From Chitinophagales bacterium (lineage in GTDB: Bacteria; Bacteroidota; Bacteroidia; Chitinophagales; Saprospiraceae): a DNA stretch of 64,000 nt. Positions 17,234-27,614 of this stretch are shown piece by piece (the first letter of the stretch is position 1; the number at the start of each line of letters is the position of its first letter). Below the pieces are notes generated by a model, which made no database searches, was not told the DNA's origin, and saw only the letters and a program-made list of their open reading frames with translations. The stretch is from assembly GCA_013298845.1 (NCBI GenBank), contig JAAFJN010000008.1, forward strand, positions 67,823-131,822, in the 5' to 3' direction. Position numbers and translations under genes: made by a program.

Positions 17234-20200
17234 TTAAGGCATCTGTTCAATTAACAAATCATAGTTGTAGGCAAAACCAAGGTTGCCCGGGTAAGAAAGG
17301 ACGCTGGACAATACCACGTTAATATCGTTGGAATCGCCCTGGTATTTTACTTTCCCGTCCATGTTGTAATCGCCCAAAAGATAACCAAACGCCAAATCGT
17401 AGTTGTAACTAAATCCGGGGTTATTGCCCGGCGAACTCAATACCTGGCTCAAGGTGACATTGGCATCGTTGGTATCGCCCTGGTATTTTACTTTGTTGTC
17501 GTTGTTGCCATTGCCGCTCCACAACGCGTACGCCCCCGATGGTAACTGGCGTTGTCCGTTGATACCGTAAGTGGCCGCTGACGTAAAATCGGTGGTATTC
17601 AGGGCATTACCCAGGGCAATCGCCGAAGCCGTCATGGTACCGAGGTGGTTGCGGTGGCGCACGGCAATGTAATAATTATCAAAGGCCAATCCGCCTACAA
17701 AAACCGGGCTAATGCCGTCGGTGCTGACCACATCACCGTCGCGTTGCAACAGCGCACTGAGCGTGCGCACTACGGTTGCGGGGGTATTTTTGTCGCGCAA
17801 TTCAATTTTTACCCAATCAACAATGGCATTGGCACCGGTCACCGACAAAACAACGCTGGTCGTGGTCTCGGAGCCGCCGTAGGGCGTTGCCAAAGGAATA
17901 TAGTTACCGCTGCGAAGGCCATCGTTCATGAGGCCGGTAGCGGCGTTGTACGGGCCGTGGAGGACTACTTTGGGGCGCAGCGACAAGGTGGCGTTGTTGA
18001 TGAGTGTTCCGGTAAAACAAGGATCAAACACTGGCATAAACTTCACCTCGTGCGGGATAAGCACGGTGCCGGTACAGGCCGGAATTTTACATTCTTCCCA
18101 GTTTTTGGGGTCATTCCAATCGCCGGAGCCGCCGTTGCTGGTCCAGATAGACACCGTGGTTGCCACCGGGAAATTATCCACCACCACCGTTGCGGGCGCG
18201 GTATACGTCATTTTTACAAAACATTTTTGACCGGGTGTATTGGCGGCGGTGTTGCGCACTTTTACGGTGAGCCAGCGGGTAGCGTCGTTGGTAAACGACC
18301 CCGAAATGGTGGTTGTACTACCGCTAACGGTGCCCAAAACAGTACCATCCAAACGGCAAATATCCAGCGTGAGGCTGTTGCCGGGCGTGCCCAGCGTAAC
18401 GGAATAAGCGACATTGGTGTTGGCGGCGGCGAATATTTTGCCCACGACGCGGTCGTTGGGAGAGTTATCGGGCGTTCGGCCACCATAACCCAAAGAGCCG
18501 CAGTGGCTATCGCCGAGGTCATCGTCCATTTCCCATTCCTGGGTGGTTTCGAGGGCGCGGGTGGGCGTATAATTCAGGTAAGCCAACATATCGGCCACGC
18601 TGGCAAAGGGCACGTTGCCGGGTACGGGTGCCCACACCGAATAACCATGCCCAAAAACATTAGGGACAGTGTGCCCCACAGCCTTGGTGCGGATAAAAAC
18701 GCGTTTGTCGCCCTGCACCACGGAAGTTGTGGTGCCGTTGGCCCCCGAATAGTCCATCAAAATGGTACCGGCGGGAAAATCGGAGTCGATCCACATTTCC
18801 TGATCGGTGCTAAACAGGTCATTTATCCCAATCACGGCCTTTGCGCTGCGCTCAAACACCAAATGGTTATTGGCCGAAGAACCCGGCGGGTAAAATGCGC
18901 CCCCTTCGGCACTGCGTACTTTGTAGTTGCCTTCTTTAAACTGGAGTTTTTGGTGGCATTGCACAAGGTTGGACACATCGTTCCAGGTGGGCAGATCGGT
19001 GGTATTGTCGGGCCGGTGGGTCCACCGTTTGCCCGTTGTACCAATATTAAACACGTCTTCAAAAAAGACCATTGGGTTGCCGTCCATGGCGCAAGCCACC
19101 GCGTAAGCCGCTGCGACGCGGGGTTCGCGGGGATCAATGTGTTGCCCGTTGCCGCCCAATTCCTGCGAGGTATTCCACCCCGAAGACGTACCGAGCGGCT
19201 GCGAAAAGTTGCCATTGGCCGTTAAAATAGGGCGATAAGTATCGTGGCTATTGATAAAAGGAATGGTACGGTGTACCCGGGCCGAAGGCGAGGCGTAATC
19301 GGTAAAACGTTTGTCTTGTTGAATGCCCGGCAAATTAGCCAGATTATAGCCCCCGGAGAAATTATTCACCACCATATCGTAGAGGCTGGCCCCGGAAACG
19401 TTGCTGTACGCACGCAAACTAAAATCAAAAGTGCCCGTGTGTTCTTCGTAGCCAAAACTGAGGCTGGGTTGGGCCATATTGGTCACGTAGTTATCAATAT
19501 CCGACTTGTTGCCAATCCATTCCCCGATGTTAAACATGCTGTACGCGCCGTTAAACGACCCGACGTTGTACTTTACCTGACGGGTAATATCGCGTTGCAC
19601 GTACACGGGAAAGTGTTTGACGGCATCCCAGCGGTAACCATCCACGTTGGTTTGTTTGTGGTACCATTTGAGCCAGTCGGTAGCACCGTTGTACATATAA
19701 TCGGTGCCTTGCGCGGGGTTGTAATAAGGACGGGTGGCGGGGTAACCGGCGGGTGTTCCGGAGGTGGGGATATTGGAACTTGGCCCGGAGGAATTGAGGG
19801 AATAATCAATGTCGGGGCCAAAAAACGGGCTGCAAATATCGCCGGAGGAGCAGTTATTGTTGCCGTTGGGGTGGAAATTGGTGAAGTTTTTGGGCCAACG
19901 TCCGCGGCGGGTCCAATAATCATCCTGCGATTCGTCAATGGCGGGCGTAGCGTAACAGGCGTACCGGAAATTTTTAAAACCGCTGTTGGTCACCAACGAA
20001 TACGTGGGATCGGTGTCCTGGCCGCCGCTGCCGTTGGCGCTGCCGGCCCCGTCCACGTGGTTGAGCACTACATCCTGAATCACCTCGATGCCGTTGGCGT
20101 GCATCACGGCAATCATGCGGAGCAATTCGTCTTTGCTACCCATGGCGGTGCGCAGGGTGGGGCTTCCTTTTTGGTATTTATCGCCCAGGTCGTAGTGGTC

Positions 20201-20461
20201 CATGGGGCCATAACCCACCCAGTTGGGGGCTTGGTTTTTGTACGCGGGTGGAATCCAGATGGCGTCAAACCCCATTGATTTGAGCCGGGGCGCGAGTTCG
20301 GTCAGGTAATTTGACCAACTATTGGGGAAATTATCGTTTTTATAATCCCACCAAAAACCCTGTAAGGCAACTTTTTTAATTTTGGTGGTTTGCGCAGGAG
20401 CCAAAAATGGCAATAAAACAAAGAATAGTAAAAATACGAAAGTGTTGTTAATCCGCTTCAT
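17234..20461 (-). CDS. alpha-amylase family glycoside hydrolase (GH13) with T9SS C-terminal domain
   Basis: GH13 catalytic region (FDAIWIPPAYK, GIEVIQDVVLNHVDG, YRWDAVKHF); long beta-rich C-terminus ending in a T9SS-like tail; ATG at 20461 inside a TTG-extended ORF. Confidence 0.85.
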   Translation of the reverse strand: MKRINNTFVFLLFFVLLPFLAPAQTTKIKKVALQGFWWDYKNDNFPNSWSNYLTELAPRLKSMGFDAIWIPPAYKNQAPNWVGYGPMDHYDLGDKYQKGSPTLRTAMGSKDELLRMIAVMHANGIEVIQDVVLNHVDGAGSANGSGGQDTDPTYSLVTNSGFKNFRYACYATPAIDESQDDYWTRRGRWPKNFTNFHPNGNNNCSSGDICSPFFGPDIDYSLNSSGPSSNIPTSGTPAGYPATRPYYNPAQGTDYMYNGATDWLKWYHKQTNVDGYRWDAVKHFPVYVQRDITRQVKYNVGSFNGAYSMFNIGEWIGNKSDIDNYVTNMAQPSLSFGYEEHTGTFDFSLRAYSNVSGASLYDMVVNNFSGGYNLANLPGIQQDKRFTDYASPSARVHRTIPFINSHDTYRPILTANGNFSQPLGTSSGWNTSQELGGNGQHIDPREPRVAAAYAVACAMDGNPMVFFEDVFNIGTTGKRWTHRPDNTTDLPTWNDVSNLVQCHQKLQFKEGNYKVRSAEGGAFYPPGSSANNHLVFERSAKAVIGINDLFSTDQEMWIDSDFPAGTILMDYSGANGTTTSVVQGDKRVFIRTKAVGHTVPNVFGHGYSVWAPVPGNVPFASVADMLAYLNYTPTRALETTQEWEMDDDLGDSHCGSLGYGGRTPDNSPNDRVVGKIFAAANTNVAYSVTLGTPGNSLTLDICRLDGTVLGTVSGSTTTISGSFTNDATRWLTVKVRNTAANTPGQKCFVKMTYTAPATVVVDNFPVATTVSIWTSNGGSGDWNDPKNWEECKIPACTGTVLIPHEVKFMPVFDPCFTGTLINNATLSLRPKVVLHGPYNAATGLMNDGLRSGNYIPLATPYGGSETTTSVVLSVTGANAIVDWVKIELRDKNTPATVVRTLSALLQRDGDVVSTDGISPVFVGGLAFDNYYIAVRHRNHLGTMTASAIALGNALNTTDFTSAATYGINGQRQLPSGAYALWSGNGNNDNKVKYQGDTNDANVTLSQVLSSPGNNPGFSYNYDLAFGYLLGDYNMDGKVKYQGDSNDINVVLSSVLSYPGNLGFAYNYDLLIEQMP

Positions 20462-20600
20462 GGTCAAGTGTTTATTTTTTAAAAAATGGACTGTAGCCAA
20501 AACAAAACGTTCCAAAACACAAAACAGGCAGCCCCTTGTTTCAAGAAGGAACTGCCTGTGATATAGAACGAATCAATAAGGGGTACCCCCCCTGAATTAA

Positions 20601-22058
20601 TTAGAAACCGGTTTTGTTGCCTTCGATACGGCCTTTACCTGCTTCTTTACCTTCTGGACGAGCCATTTCGGTTTCGCCTTTAGCAACGCGGAACTCTACG
20701 CGACGGTTAGTCACGTTAGCAGCGTTGGTTGGGACAATGTTTTTGCCTTCGCCAGCCCAGTTCAACACGAGGCGGTCGCGAGAGATACCATACTGTGAAG
20801 TAAGGTGTGCGATAACGGCGTTAGCGCGGTTGTAAGACAATACGTTGTTGTACGTTTCGCTGTTGAGTTTGTCGGTGTTACCTACAACCACAATTTTAAG
20901 ATTTGGGTTTGCCTTGATTACCTGAGCAACCTGGTACAATTTTTCGTATTCGCTTTTCTTCACGGTGTAGCCATTCAGGTCGAAGTTCACCATTGGGAGG
21001 AACCACTCGGTCACTGAAGGAGCCGGGAGTTTGAAGTTAGCCAATTTTGCGTCAACGATACGATTAACGTCGTCTTCGGTCAAAATTTTTGGTTTTGGCA
21101 CGTTGGCCACACCCATAGCGTCAACCGGGTAACCTGGAGGAGAGAAAGGCTCTTTGTCTTTGTAGTCAGGAACTTTGTCCATATCCGAATCCAAAGTTAC
21201 ACCTTTGCTATCAACGCGTGCACCAGCCGGGCTGTCGTCTTCCTGGTCGATATCGTTGATGATACCGTCGCCGTCAGAATCGGTTGGATCGTAAATAGCG
21301 CGGGCTTCGAGGGCGCTGATAGCCTGAGAAACACCGTCCAAAGGATTTGCCCAGTAGCGTGGTTCTACTTTTGCCAAACCCGTTTTTTTGTCTTTACCAC
21401 CGAGGTTAACACAAACGGTAAGGTGTGGGTAGTGGAGGTTATCGCGGTAAGTAGTACCCGTGATCGTGCGGTTTGGATCACCGTCGAGGCGGTCACCTTC
21501 AGCACCAAATACAGAGTAAACCGTGTATTCCAGGCCGATGTTGAATTTTGGAGATACGCGGTAAGAGATACCGGCACCACCATTGATGTATGAACCAGTG
21601 TACGTTTCTTTAAAGTTGCCATCAACGGGGATGTTTTTAGCATCCACAGTGAAGCGGTTTGCACCAACACCACCGTAAGCATTTAAAAGGAACTTATGGT
21701 ATGGTTTGTTCCAAATCAGGTTGTTTAATGCAACAACCAATTCACCACCGCCCGACAACCAAGAGATGTCAGAACTGCGGTTAAACGTGTTTTCTTCGTT
21801 AGAGCCTTGAGCAAACAATGTGTTCAGGCGGATAGAGAATACGTGGTCAATTGATTTACGAACGTGCAGACCACCACCAAAGCCAGGGAAATTAGCCTGA
21901 ATATCACCAATTACCATTGGCGTGCCGAGGTGTGCACCTACTTCCCATTGATCAGCAGGTGAAAAAGAACGATAAGGTGCGGTTGGAGCGGTTTCCTGAG
22001 CAGAAAGGCTTGCAGCAGCACCAATGAAAAGGGTAAAAAATAATTTCCTCATTGACAT
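20601..22058 (-). CDS. OmpA family outer membrane protein with thrombospondin type 3-like Asp-rich repeats
   Basis: Signal peptide, N-terminal beta-barrel-like region, DSDGDGIINDIDQEDD repeats, C-terminal OmpA domain (YNRANAVIAHL...NRRVEFRV). Confidence 0.8.
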   Translation of the reverse strand: MSMRKLFFTLFIGAAASLSAQETAPTAPYRSFSPADQWEVGAHLGTPMVIGDIQANFPGFGGGLHVRKSIDHVFSIRLNTLFAQGSNEENTFNRSSDISWLSGGGELVVALNNLIWNKPYHKFLLNAYGGVGANRFTVDAKNIPVDGNFKETYTGSYINGGAGISYRVSPKFNIGLEYTVYSVFGAEGDRLDGDPNRTITGTTYRDNLHYPHLTVCVNLGGKDKKTGLAKVEPRYWANPLDGVSQAISALEARAIYDPTDSDGDGIINDIDQEDDSPAGARVDSKGVTLDSDMDKVPDYKDKEPFSPPGYPVDAMGVANVPKPKILTEDDVNRIVDAKLANFKLPAPSVTEWFLPMVNFDLNGYTVKKSEYEKLYQVAQVIKANPNLKIVVVGNTDKLNSETYNNVLSYNRANAVIAHLTSQYGISRDRLVLNWAGEGKNIVPTNAANVTNRRVEFRVAKGETEMARPEGKEAGKGRIEGNKTGF

Positions 22059-22188
22059 GATGTCACTATTTTATTTAGTGAAATAAAAAAGGTTAAAAAT
22101 GAACGATTTTGCCGAGCAAAATTTCGTAGTTTATTTTGTATGAAATCCAGTAATAACAGATTCGGGTGCAAAGTTGTATATATTTTTA

Positions 22189-23424
22189 CTAAACGCCCAA
22201 CTTTCTGAGTGCCAAATGTAACGCCGAAGCCGAAATTTTTTTAGGATTTGGGTTATTTTGTGCCACTTCTGCCAATGCTGACTTAATTGTGACGGATATA
22301 TCCCCAAAAATTGCCTTATCGGTCATGGGTACATCGGGTTGCATGAGATACGCAAAAACCCGCGCCATTCCACAGTTCGCTATAAAATCAGGGATTACAC
22401 CGGTTTGTTCATCGGCAAATTTAGCCGTTGGCCCAAAAAACACCTGATCATCGGTGAAAGGTACATTGGCACCGCACGAAATACACTCAATTCCGCCCGC
22501 CAACAAGTCATCCACCTGCGCTCTTGATACAATTTTTGAAGCGGCGCCCGGGATAAATATCTGCGCGCCTAACTTCCATATTTTTTCGTTTACTTCTTCA
22601 AAAGACAGCAAATCCGGGGCTTGCAGTTGGGTACCCTTTTTATTGCTGAACAAGTTTTTTACCTCTTCGAGCGATAACCCTTCCGGGCGAATAATGCCCC
22701 CGGCGCGGTCGATAATACCCGTAATTTTTACGCCTTCTTTGGCCAGATAACAAGCCGCTGCCGACGCGACATTACCCCATCCCTGAATGATGGCGGTTTT
22801 GCCGTTGATACCGGTTTGGTAAAAAATATCGTAAAAATGTCGCACCGATTCTGCTACGCCATACCCCGTAATAAGGTCGGCAACGGCGTATTTATGGGTG
22901 CCGCCCTCGGGAACAAACTCAGGATCTTCCACAATTTTGGTACAACCATAACGCAATTGACCAATAACGTTAATTTGTCCGCCTTCGGTGGGTTTCAAAT
23001 GCCCCTTTACAATTCCCTCTTGCGGATGCCACAGGCCCAAATCTTCGGTAATGGGTACAACATCTTTTATTTCGTCTACGTTCAGGTCGCCGCCCGTGCC
23101 GTAGTAGTGTTTTAATATAGGAAGTGCCGCCCGATACCATCGTTCCAACACTTCTAACCTTCTTGGATCAGTTGGATCAAAATTTATGCCACTTTTTGCG
23201 CCACCAATCGGCGGACCGGCTACACTAAATTTTATTTCCATGACTTTGGCCAACGACGTAACTTCTTCGCGGGTAAGTCCTTTGCGCATCCGGGTGCCGC
23301 CGCCCGCCGCACCGCCGCGCAAAGAGTTAATCACGATCCAACCCTCCGCTTCGGTTTCGGCATCGTGCCACTCAAAAACGACTTCCGGCGCTTTTTGTTT
23401 ATACTTTTCTAATAAATCTGACAT
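22189..23424 (-). CDS. Glu/Leu/Phe/Val dehydrogenase family protein
   Basis: N-terminal dimerisation domain with GGxRM-type segment (GGGTRMRKGLTREEV) and C-terminal Rossmann NAD(P) domain. Confidence 0.75.
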   Translation of the reverse strand: MSDLLEKYKQKAPEVVFEWHDAETEAEGWIVINSLRGGAAGGGTRMRKGLTREEVTSLAKVMEIKFSVAGPPIGGAKSGINFDPTDPRRLEVLERWYRAALPILKHYYGTGGDLNVDEIKDVVPITEDLGLWHPQEGIVKGHLKPTEGGQINVIGQLRYGCTKIVEDPEFVPEGGTHKYAVADLITGYGVAESVRHFYDIFYQTGINGKTAIIQGWGNVASAAACYLAKEGVKITGIIDRAGGIIRPEGLSLEEVKNLFSNKKGTQLQAPDLLSFEEVNEKIWKLGAQIFIPGAASKIVSRAQVDDLLAGGIECISCGANVPFTDDQVFFGPTAKFADEQTGVIPDFIANCGMARVFAYLMQPDVPMTDKAIFGDISVTIKSALAEVAQNNPNPKKISASALHLALRKLGV

Positions 23425-23478
23425 ACACTTTATGTGTTTTGGTTAAAGCGGCGCAAATGTACGTAGGATTTTGATTTA

Positions 23479-23527
23479 GTGGGGTTGTGCAAATTGGCCG
23501 GAGCCAGACTTTGTGCACAACCCCACC
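23479..23527. other. 15-bp-stem hairpin between two minus-strand genes
   Basis: GTGGGGTTGTGCAAA ... TTTGTGCACAACCCCAC with a 16-nt loop. Confidence 0.4.
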
Positions 23528-23532
23528 AAACA

Positions 23533-24768
23533 TTAGATTTTACGGAACTGGCGGGTAATGGTTTCCTGAGCGGCCACGATACGCAATACGTACACGCCCT
23601 CAGTGAGGTTATTGACCGGAATATTTAATTGGTTTTGTTCGGCTACAAATACACCTTCTGCCACCAGACGGCCGGCCATATCGGTAATTTGCCATTGCGC
23701 ATCGTTCTTAAACGCTTCGTCCAATTGAATTGTCATTACCGATGCCACCGGTGCCGGGAATACCGTTACTTTTTTGGTACTGCCAAATACCACGTTACGC
23801 ACCGCGCTGTACTCAAATGCACCGTCGAAATCAACCTGGCGCAGGCGGTAATAGTTTACGCCGCTCAAAGGGGCTTTATCTTCAAAGGAATAACGTACTT
23901 CTTCTACCGAGTTGCCCTTACCCGCTACTTCACCAATTTTTTCAAAAGTAGCACCGTCGCCGCTGCGCTCCACCTCGAAGTGGGAATTGTTGCGTTCCGT
24001 GGCGGTTTGCCATTCCAAAAATGGTACTGGAGTGGCTTTAACAGTGAAGGAGGTTAAAGAAACGGGAAGCGAACTACTATTAACGGTTACGATAACACGT
24101 CCTGCTGCACCCGCCGAAGAGATAGTAGCGCCATTAGAGGCACGACCGCCGCCGCCGCCGCCAGGAGCAACACCTGGAGCAGAAGGATCGCTGGCTGGTG
24201 AACCAGCAGTGGTATTGCCACCTTTCCCACCATTACCTTCTCCGGTTCCACCTGCGCCGCCAGTACCTGAAACAGATGCGCCACCTGCGCCACCGTCTGA
24301 AGAGGCTGTGGCAGATCCACCACCACCACCACCACCGTTGGTGCCGCCACCCGGGGTACCGCCGATACCGCCGGAAAATTTTGTTGTCCCTGTACTACCA
24401 GAAGCAGAACCTCCGGCTCCACCACTAGCAGTGCCGGAACTACCTCCTAATGCAATAACCGTTGAGGCAAACGAGGAACTTCCACCAGGTGAGCCTACGG
24501 CTCCTGCGGTGCCAACTGTAATTACGTAACTTCCCGCAGTAACATCAATAGTGCTACTTGCGTATGCGCCGCCGCCGCCGCCGCCTTGACGACCACTGCC
24601 ACTGCCAGCGCCGCCGCCGCCGCCCCAGGCCTCAATAGTAATGTTTGCGGTATAGCCAGCCGGACACACCCAAGTTCCACTAACATTAAAGGTTTGGCTT
24701 GTTGGTTGTGCAATCCCTAACGCAGGCAAAATGAGCCACAGAATAAGTGATTTAAATTTCAATCGCAT
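23533..24768 (-). CDS. glycine-rich secreted protein with T9SS C-terminal domain
   Basis: Signal peptide; long G/S/A/T-rich low-complexity core; C-terminal T9SS tail (…EGVYVLRIVAAQETITRQFRKI); ATG at 24768. Confidence 0.6.
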   Translation of the reverse strand: MRLKFKSLILWLILPALGIAQPTSQTFNVSGTWVCPAGYTANITIEAWGGGGGAGSGSGRQGGGGGGAYASSTIDVTAGSYVITVGTAGAVGSPGGSSSFASTVIALGGSSGTASGGAGGSASGSTGTTKFSGGIGGTPGGGTNGGGGGGGSATASSDGGAGGASVSGTGGAGGTGEGNGGKGGNTTAGSPASDPSAPGVAPGGGGGGRASNGATISSAGAAGRVIVTVNSSSLPVSLTSFTVKATPVPFLEWQTATERNNSHFEVERSGDGATFEKIGEVAGKGNSVEEVRYSFEDKAPLSGVNYYRLRQVDFDGAFEYSAVRNVVFGSTKKVTVFPAPVASVMTIQLDEAFKNDAQWQITDMAGRLVAEGVFVAEQNQLNIPVNNLTEGVYVLRIVAAQETITRQFRKI

Positions 24769-25033
24769 GTTAATATTTTTTCTAATAATAAAAAGGTAAA
24801 AAACATCGGGGCTTAAATACAAATTAAATTTTGTAAAAAAGCCGCCAGGGTTTAATTGGCAAAATTAAATTCGCCCAAGCCACACCACCTAACTTTTAGG
24901 TGTTAATTCACAAATCTTTAATAATTCCGACGAATGGTCTCACCCAAACAACGCGACATAAGACGAGAAGGTTGCAAAAAGTAACATTCGGGCAATAAGT
25001 CAACCTTCCCCCCCAATTCACGTTATACTGCTT

Positions 25034-26263
25034 ATGTCCAGTACCCAACATTTTGACATCGTTTTTACCGGCACCGGCCTTTCCGGCCTCAGCACCGCAA
25101 TTGCGTTGTTAGACCAACCCGAACTCGAACACCTGAGCATTGCCCTGGTGGACCGCGACGATAAAAATAAAAACGACCGTACCTGGTGCTTTTGGGCACA
25201 ACCCGACGAACTCCGGCAAATGCCGCCCGTTGTGTTCCGTTCCTGGCCGCATTTTCAGTTCCACAGCCCCGTTCACTCCGAGCAACTCAACACCCGGGGC
25301 TACACCTATAATATGGTACGTGGATTGGATTTTTATACCTGGGCCAAACAAACCCTGGCCAAATACCCCAACGTCGTTTGGATCAACGACACGGTGCAAT
25401 CGGTGGACGAAACAAGCGGTACCGTACACCTCTCCGACCGTTCTATTACCGGCTCGTGGGTGCTCAACAGCGCACTCACGCCGTTTTCGGTGGTGCCCAA
25501 CTACCGCAAAGACGATTTTGTGCCGCCGTTTTCGACCAATGCCGCCCAACCACCCGCCCAAACGGTGCACCTGTTGCAACATTTTAAAGGTTGGATCATC
25601 CGCACACCCAAGCCCGTTTTTGAACCGGATTCGGTGACTTTTATGGACTTTAGGGTGGAACAGGGCGACGATACGCGTTTTGTGTACGTTTTACCCTTTT
25701 CTACCACCGAGGCATTGGTGGAATTTACCTTGTTCTCGCCCGAACTCCTGAGCGGTGGTGCCTACGTGGAAGCATTGCACGATTACATCCGCACTTTTTT
25801 AAAGATTGACCACTACGACATTGTAGAGGAAGAATTTGGGATTATTCCCATGAGCGATTACACTTTTCCCAACCACACCGAAGGCAGCCGGGTCATTCAC
25901 ATCGGTACGGCGGGCGGTTTTGTAAAAGCCTCCAGCGGTTACGCCTTTAAACGCACCCAGCGCCGGGCGCGGGCATTTGCGGCCAACTGGGCGCGGCACG
26001 GGCGACCCGACCCGTCGGTAATGCGGTCGCACTGGCGGTACCCGGCCTACGATGCGGTATTGTTGCGGGTGCTCAACGACAAACTATTACCCGCCCACCA
26101 GGTTTTTGGTTATTTTTTCAAAAACCAAGGCGCGTACAACGTATTTCGCTTCCTCGATGAGGATACCAATTTTTTGCAAGACCTTCGCGCCATGAGCGCC
26201 GTTCCCATATGGCCCTTTGTAAAAGGTGCTTTTCGTTTTTTATGGAGCAAATGGCGGTCGTAA
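25034..26263 (+). CDS. lycopene cyclase family protein (CrtY-like FAD-dependent)
   Basis: N-terminal dinucleotide-binding FDIVFTGTGLSGLSTAIAL; length and overall pattern of the lycopene beta-cyclase family. Confidence 0.6.
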   Translation: MSSTQHFDIVFTGTGLSGLSTAIALLDQPELEHLSIALVDRDDKNKNDRTWCFWAQPDELRQMPPVVFRSWPHFQFHSPVHSEQLNTRGYTYNMVRGLDFYTWAKQTLAKYPNVVWINDTVQSVDETSGTVHLSDRSITGSWVLNSALTPFSVVPNYRKDDFVPPFSTNAAQPPAQTVHLLQHFKGWIIRTPKPVFEPDSVTFMDFRVEQGDDTRFVYVLPFSTTEALVEFTLFSPELLSGGAYVEALHDYIRTFLKIDHYDIVEEEFGIIPMSDYTFPNHTEGSRVIHIGTAGGFVKASSGYAFKRTQRRARAFAANWARHGRPDPSVMRSHWRYPAYDAVLLRVLNDKLLPAHQVFGYFFKNQGAYNVFRFLDEDTNFLQDLRAMSAVPIWPFVKGAFRFLWSKWRS

Positions 26264-26274
26264 TTTGGTAAAAA

Positions 26275-26862
26275 ATGCATAAAAGAATTGGAATTACCGG
26301 CGGAATTGGCAGCGGAAAAACAACCGTCTGCCGCCTTTTTGAAACACTGGGCATACCCGTCTATTACGCCGATTATTGGGCAAAATGGCTCATTAGCAAC
26401 GATGCAGCCGTTAAAAACGGCATTATTGAATTATTCGGGGCGGCGGCCTACACCCCCGACGGTGCGTACAACCGCGCTTACGTGGGCCAAATTGCGTTTA
26501 ACGACCCCGACAAACTACAACGCCTGAACGCATTGGTGCATCCGGCGGTAGAGCGCCACAGCCGCCAATGGCACGCGGAACAAACGGCCGCGCCTTATAC
26601 CCTAAAAGAAGCAGCACTAATGATCGAAAGCGGCAGCCACCAATTCCTCGACGGGCTTATTATGGTTACCGCTCCCGAATCAGTGCGCATTGAACGCGTT
26701 ATGGCCCGCGACGGCATCACGGAGGCCGAGGTGCGCGCCCGCATCCGGAACCAATTGCCCGAAGCCGATAAAGTAGCCCTGGCTAACTGGGTCATTAACA
26801 ACGACGGCCAACAACTGATCATACCGCAAGTGCAGCGAATCCACGCGTTGATAAAACGATAA
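26275..26862 (+). CDS. coaE: dephospho-CoA kinase
   Basis: P-loop IGITGGIGSGKTTV and CoaE-typical length of 195 aa. Confidence 0.9.
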   Translation: MHKRIGITGGIGSGKTTVCRLFETLGIPVYYADYWAKWLISNDAAVKNGIIELFGAAAYTPDGAYNRAYVGQIAFNDPDKLQRLNALVHPAVERHSRQWHAEQTAAPYTLKEAALMIESGSHQFLDGLIMVTAPESVRIERVMARDGITEAEVRARIRNQLPEADKVALANWVINNDGQQLIIPQVQRIHALIKR

Positions 26863-26864
26863 TT

Positions 26865-27344
26865 CTACAACCGGTAACCTACGCTGGCACCCGGCCACAG
26901 CAAAAACCAAGGGTTTAACACATAGTCCTCATTGCCGCTCATGGAGTACATCGGAGTAAATCCAACGCGGAAATTAAAACCCTTTGGTCCCTGGTAGCGG
27001 TACATCAGGGTCGCGCTGGGGCAAAATTCCTTATTTGCACCGCTCGGCCCATCTTCTCCATTATCCATATCAAAAAACATGGTAGTACCAATACCCGCCT
27101 CAAAACCGTGTTTTTTACCCGATATATAGTTCACCTGTAACGGGATAATCAACAAGTTTTCGATAACGGAAACGCCCAATCGGCTGCCAAAACCACCCGG
27201 TTCTGGGTTAAAACGGACATCGTAGTTAGCGGACCATAATGCACCACTCCCAAACCCTTCGGCGTACAACACGTGTGCACGTTGGGCCATAAGGGCGACA
27301 TTGGCAAAAAATACCAATAATACAACGGAAAAAATCTTCTTCAT
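26865..27344 (-). CDS. hypothetical outer-membrane beta-barrel-like protein
   Basis: Signal peptide, alternating hydrophobic pattern, C-terminal aromatic residue. Confidence 0.4.
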   Translation of the reverse strand: MKKIFSVVLLVFFANVALMAQRAHVLYAEGFGSGALWSANYDVRFNPEPGGFGSRLGVSVIENLLIIPLQVNYISGKKHGFEAGIGTTMFFDMDNGEDGPSGANKEFCPSATLMYRYQGPKGFNFRVGFTPMYSMSGNEDYVLNPWFLLWPGASVGYRL

Positions 27345-27614
27345 AAAATAAGAATGTTTAGTATGATAAAAACTGTTTTGATACGGAAGCCTTCTTCACT
27401 GACAGGAAACAGGCAGAAAAGTGAATGATTACGGTAAAGTTACATCACGGCGCAAGTATAAATAAAAAGATATGAGTGATGAGTGATAAGAGATGAGTTT
27501 TTTGAAAAAAATTCAAATCCGATATCTCTTGTTTCATTTCTAATGTCAAACGTCCAATGCAAAGTCCAACCTCTGATGTCTTTTGTCTGATGTCTTCAGT
27601 CTGAGGTCTGAAGC

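Noticed and set aside
17645-20278. Long antisense ORFs (526 aa and 344 aa) inside the amylase gene
   Set aside because: They lie opposite a well-supported GH13 coding region. The Gly/Ala/Arg-rich, low-complexity translations are typical of antisense frames in GC-rich DNA.
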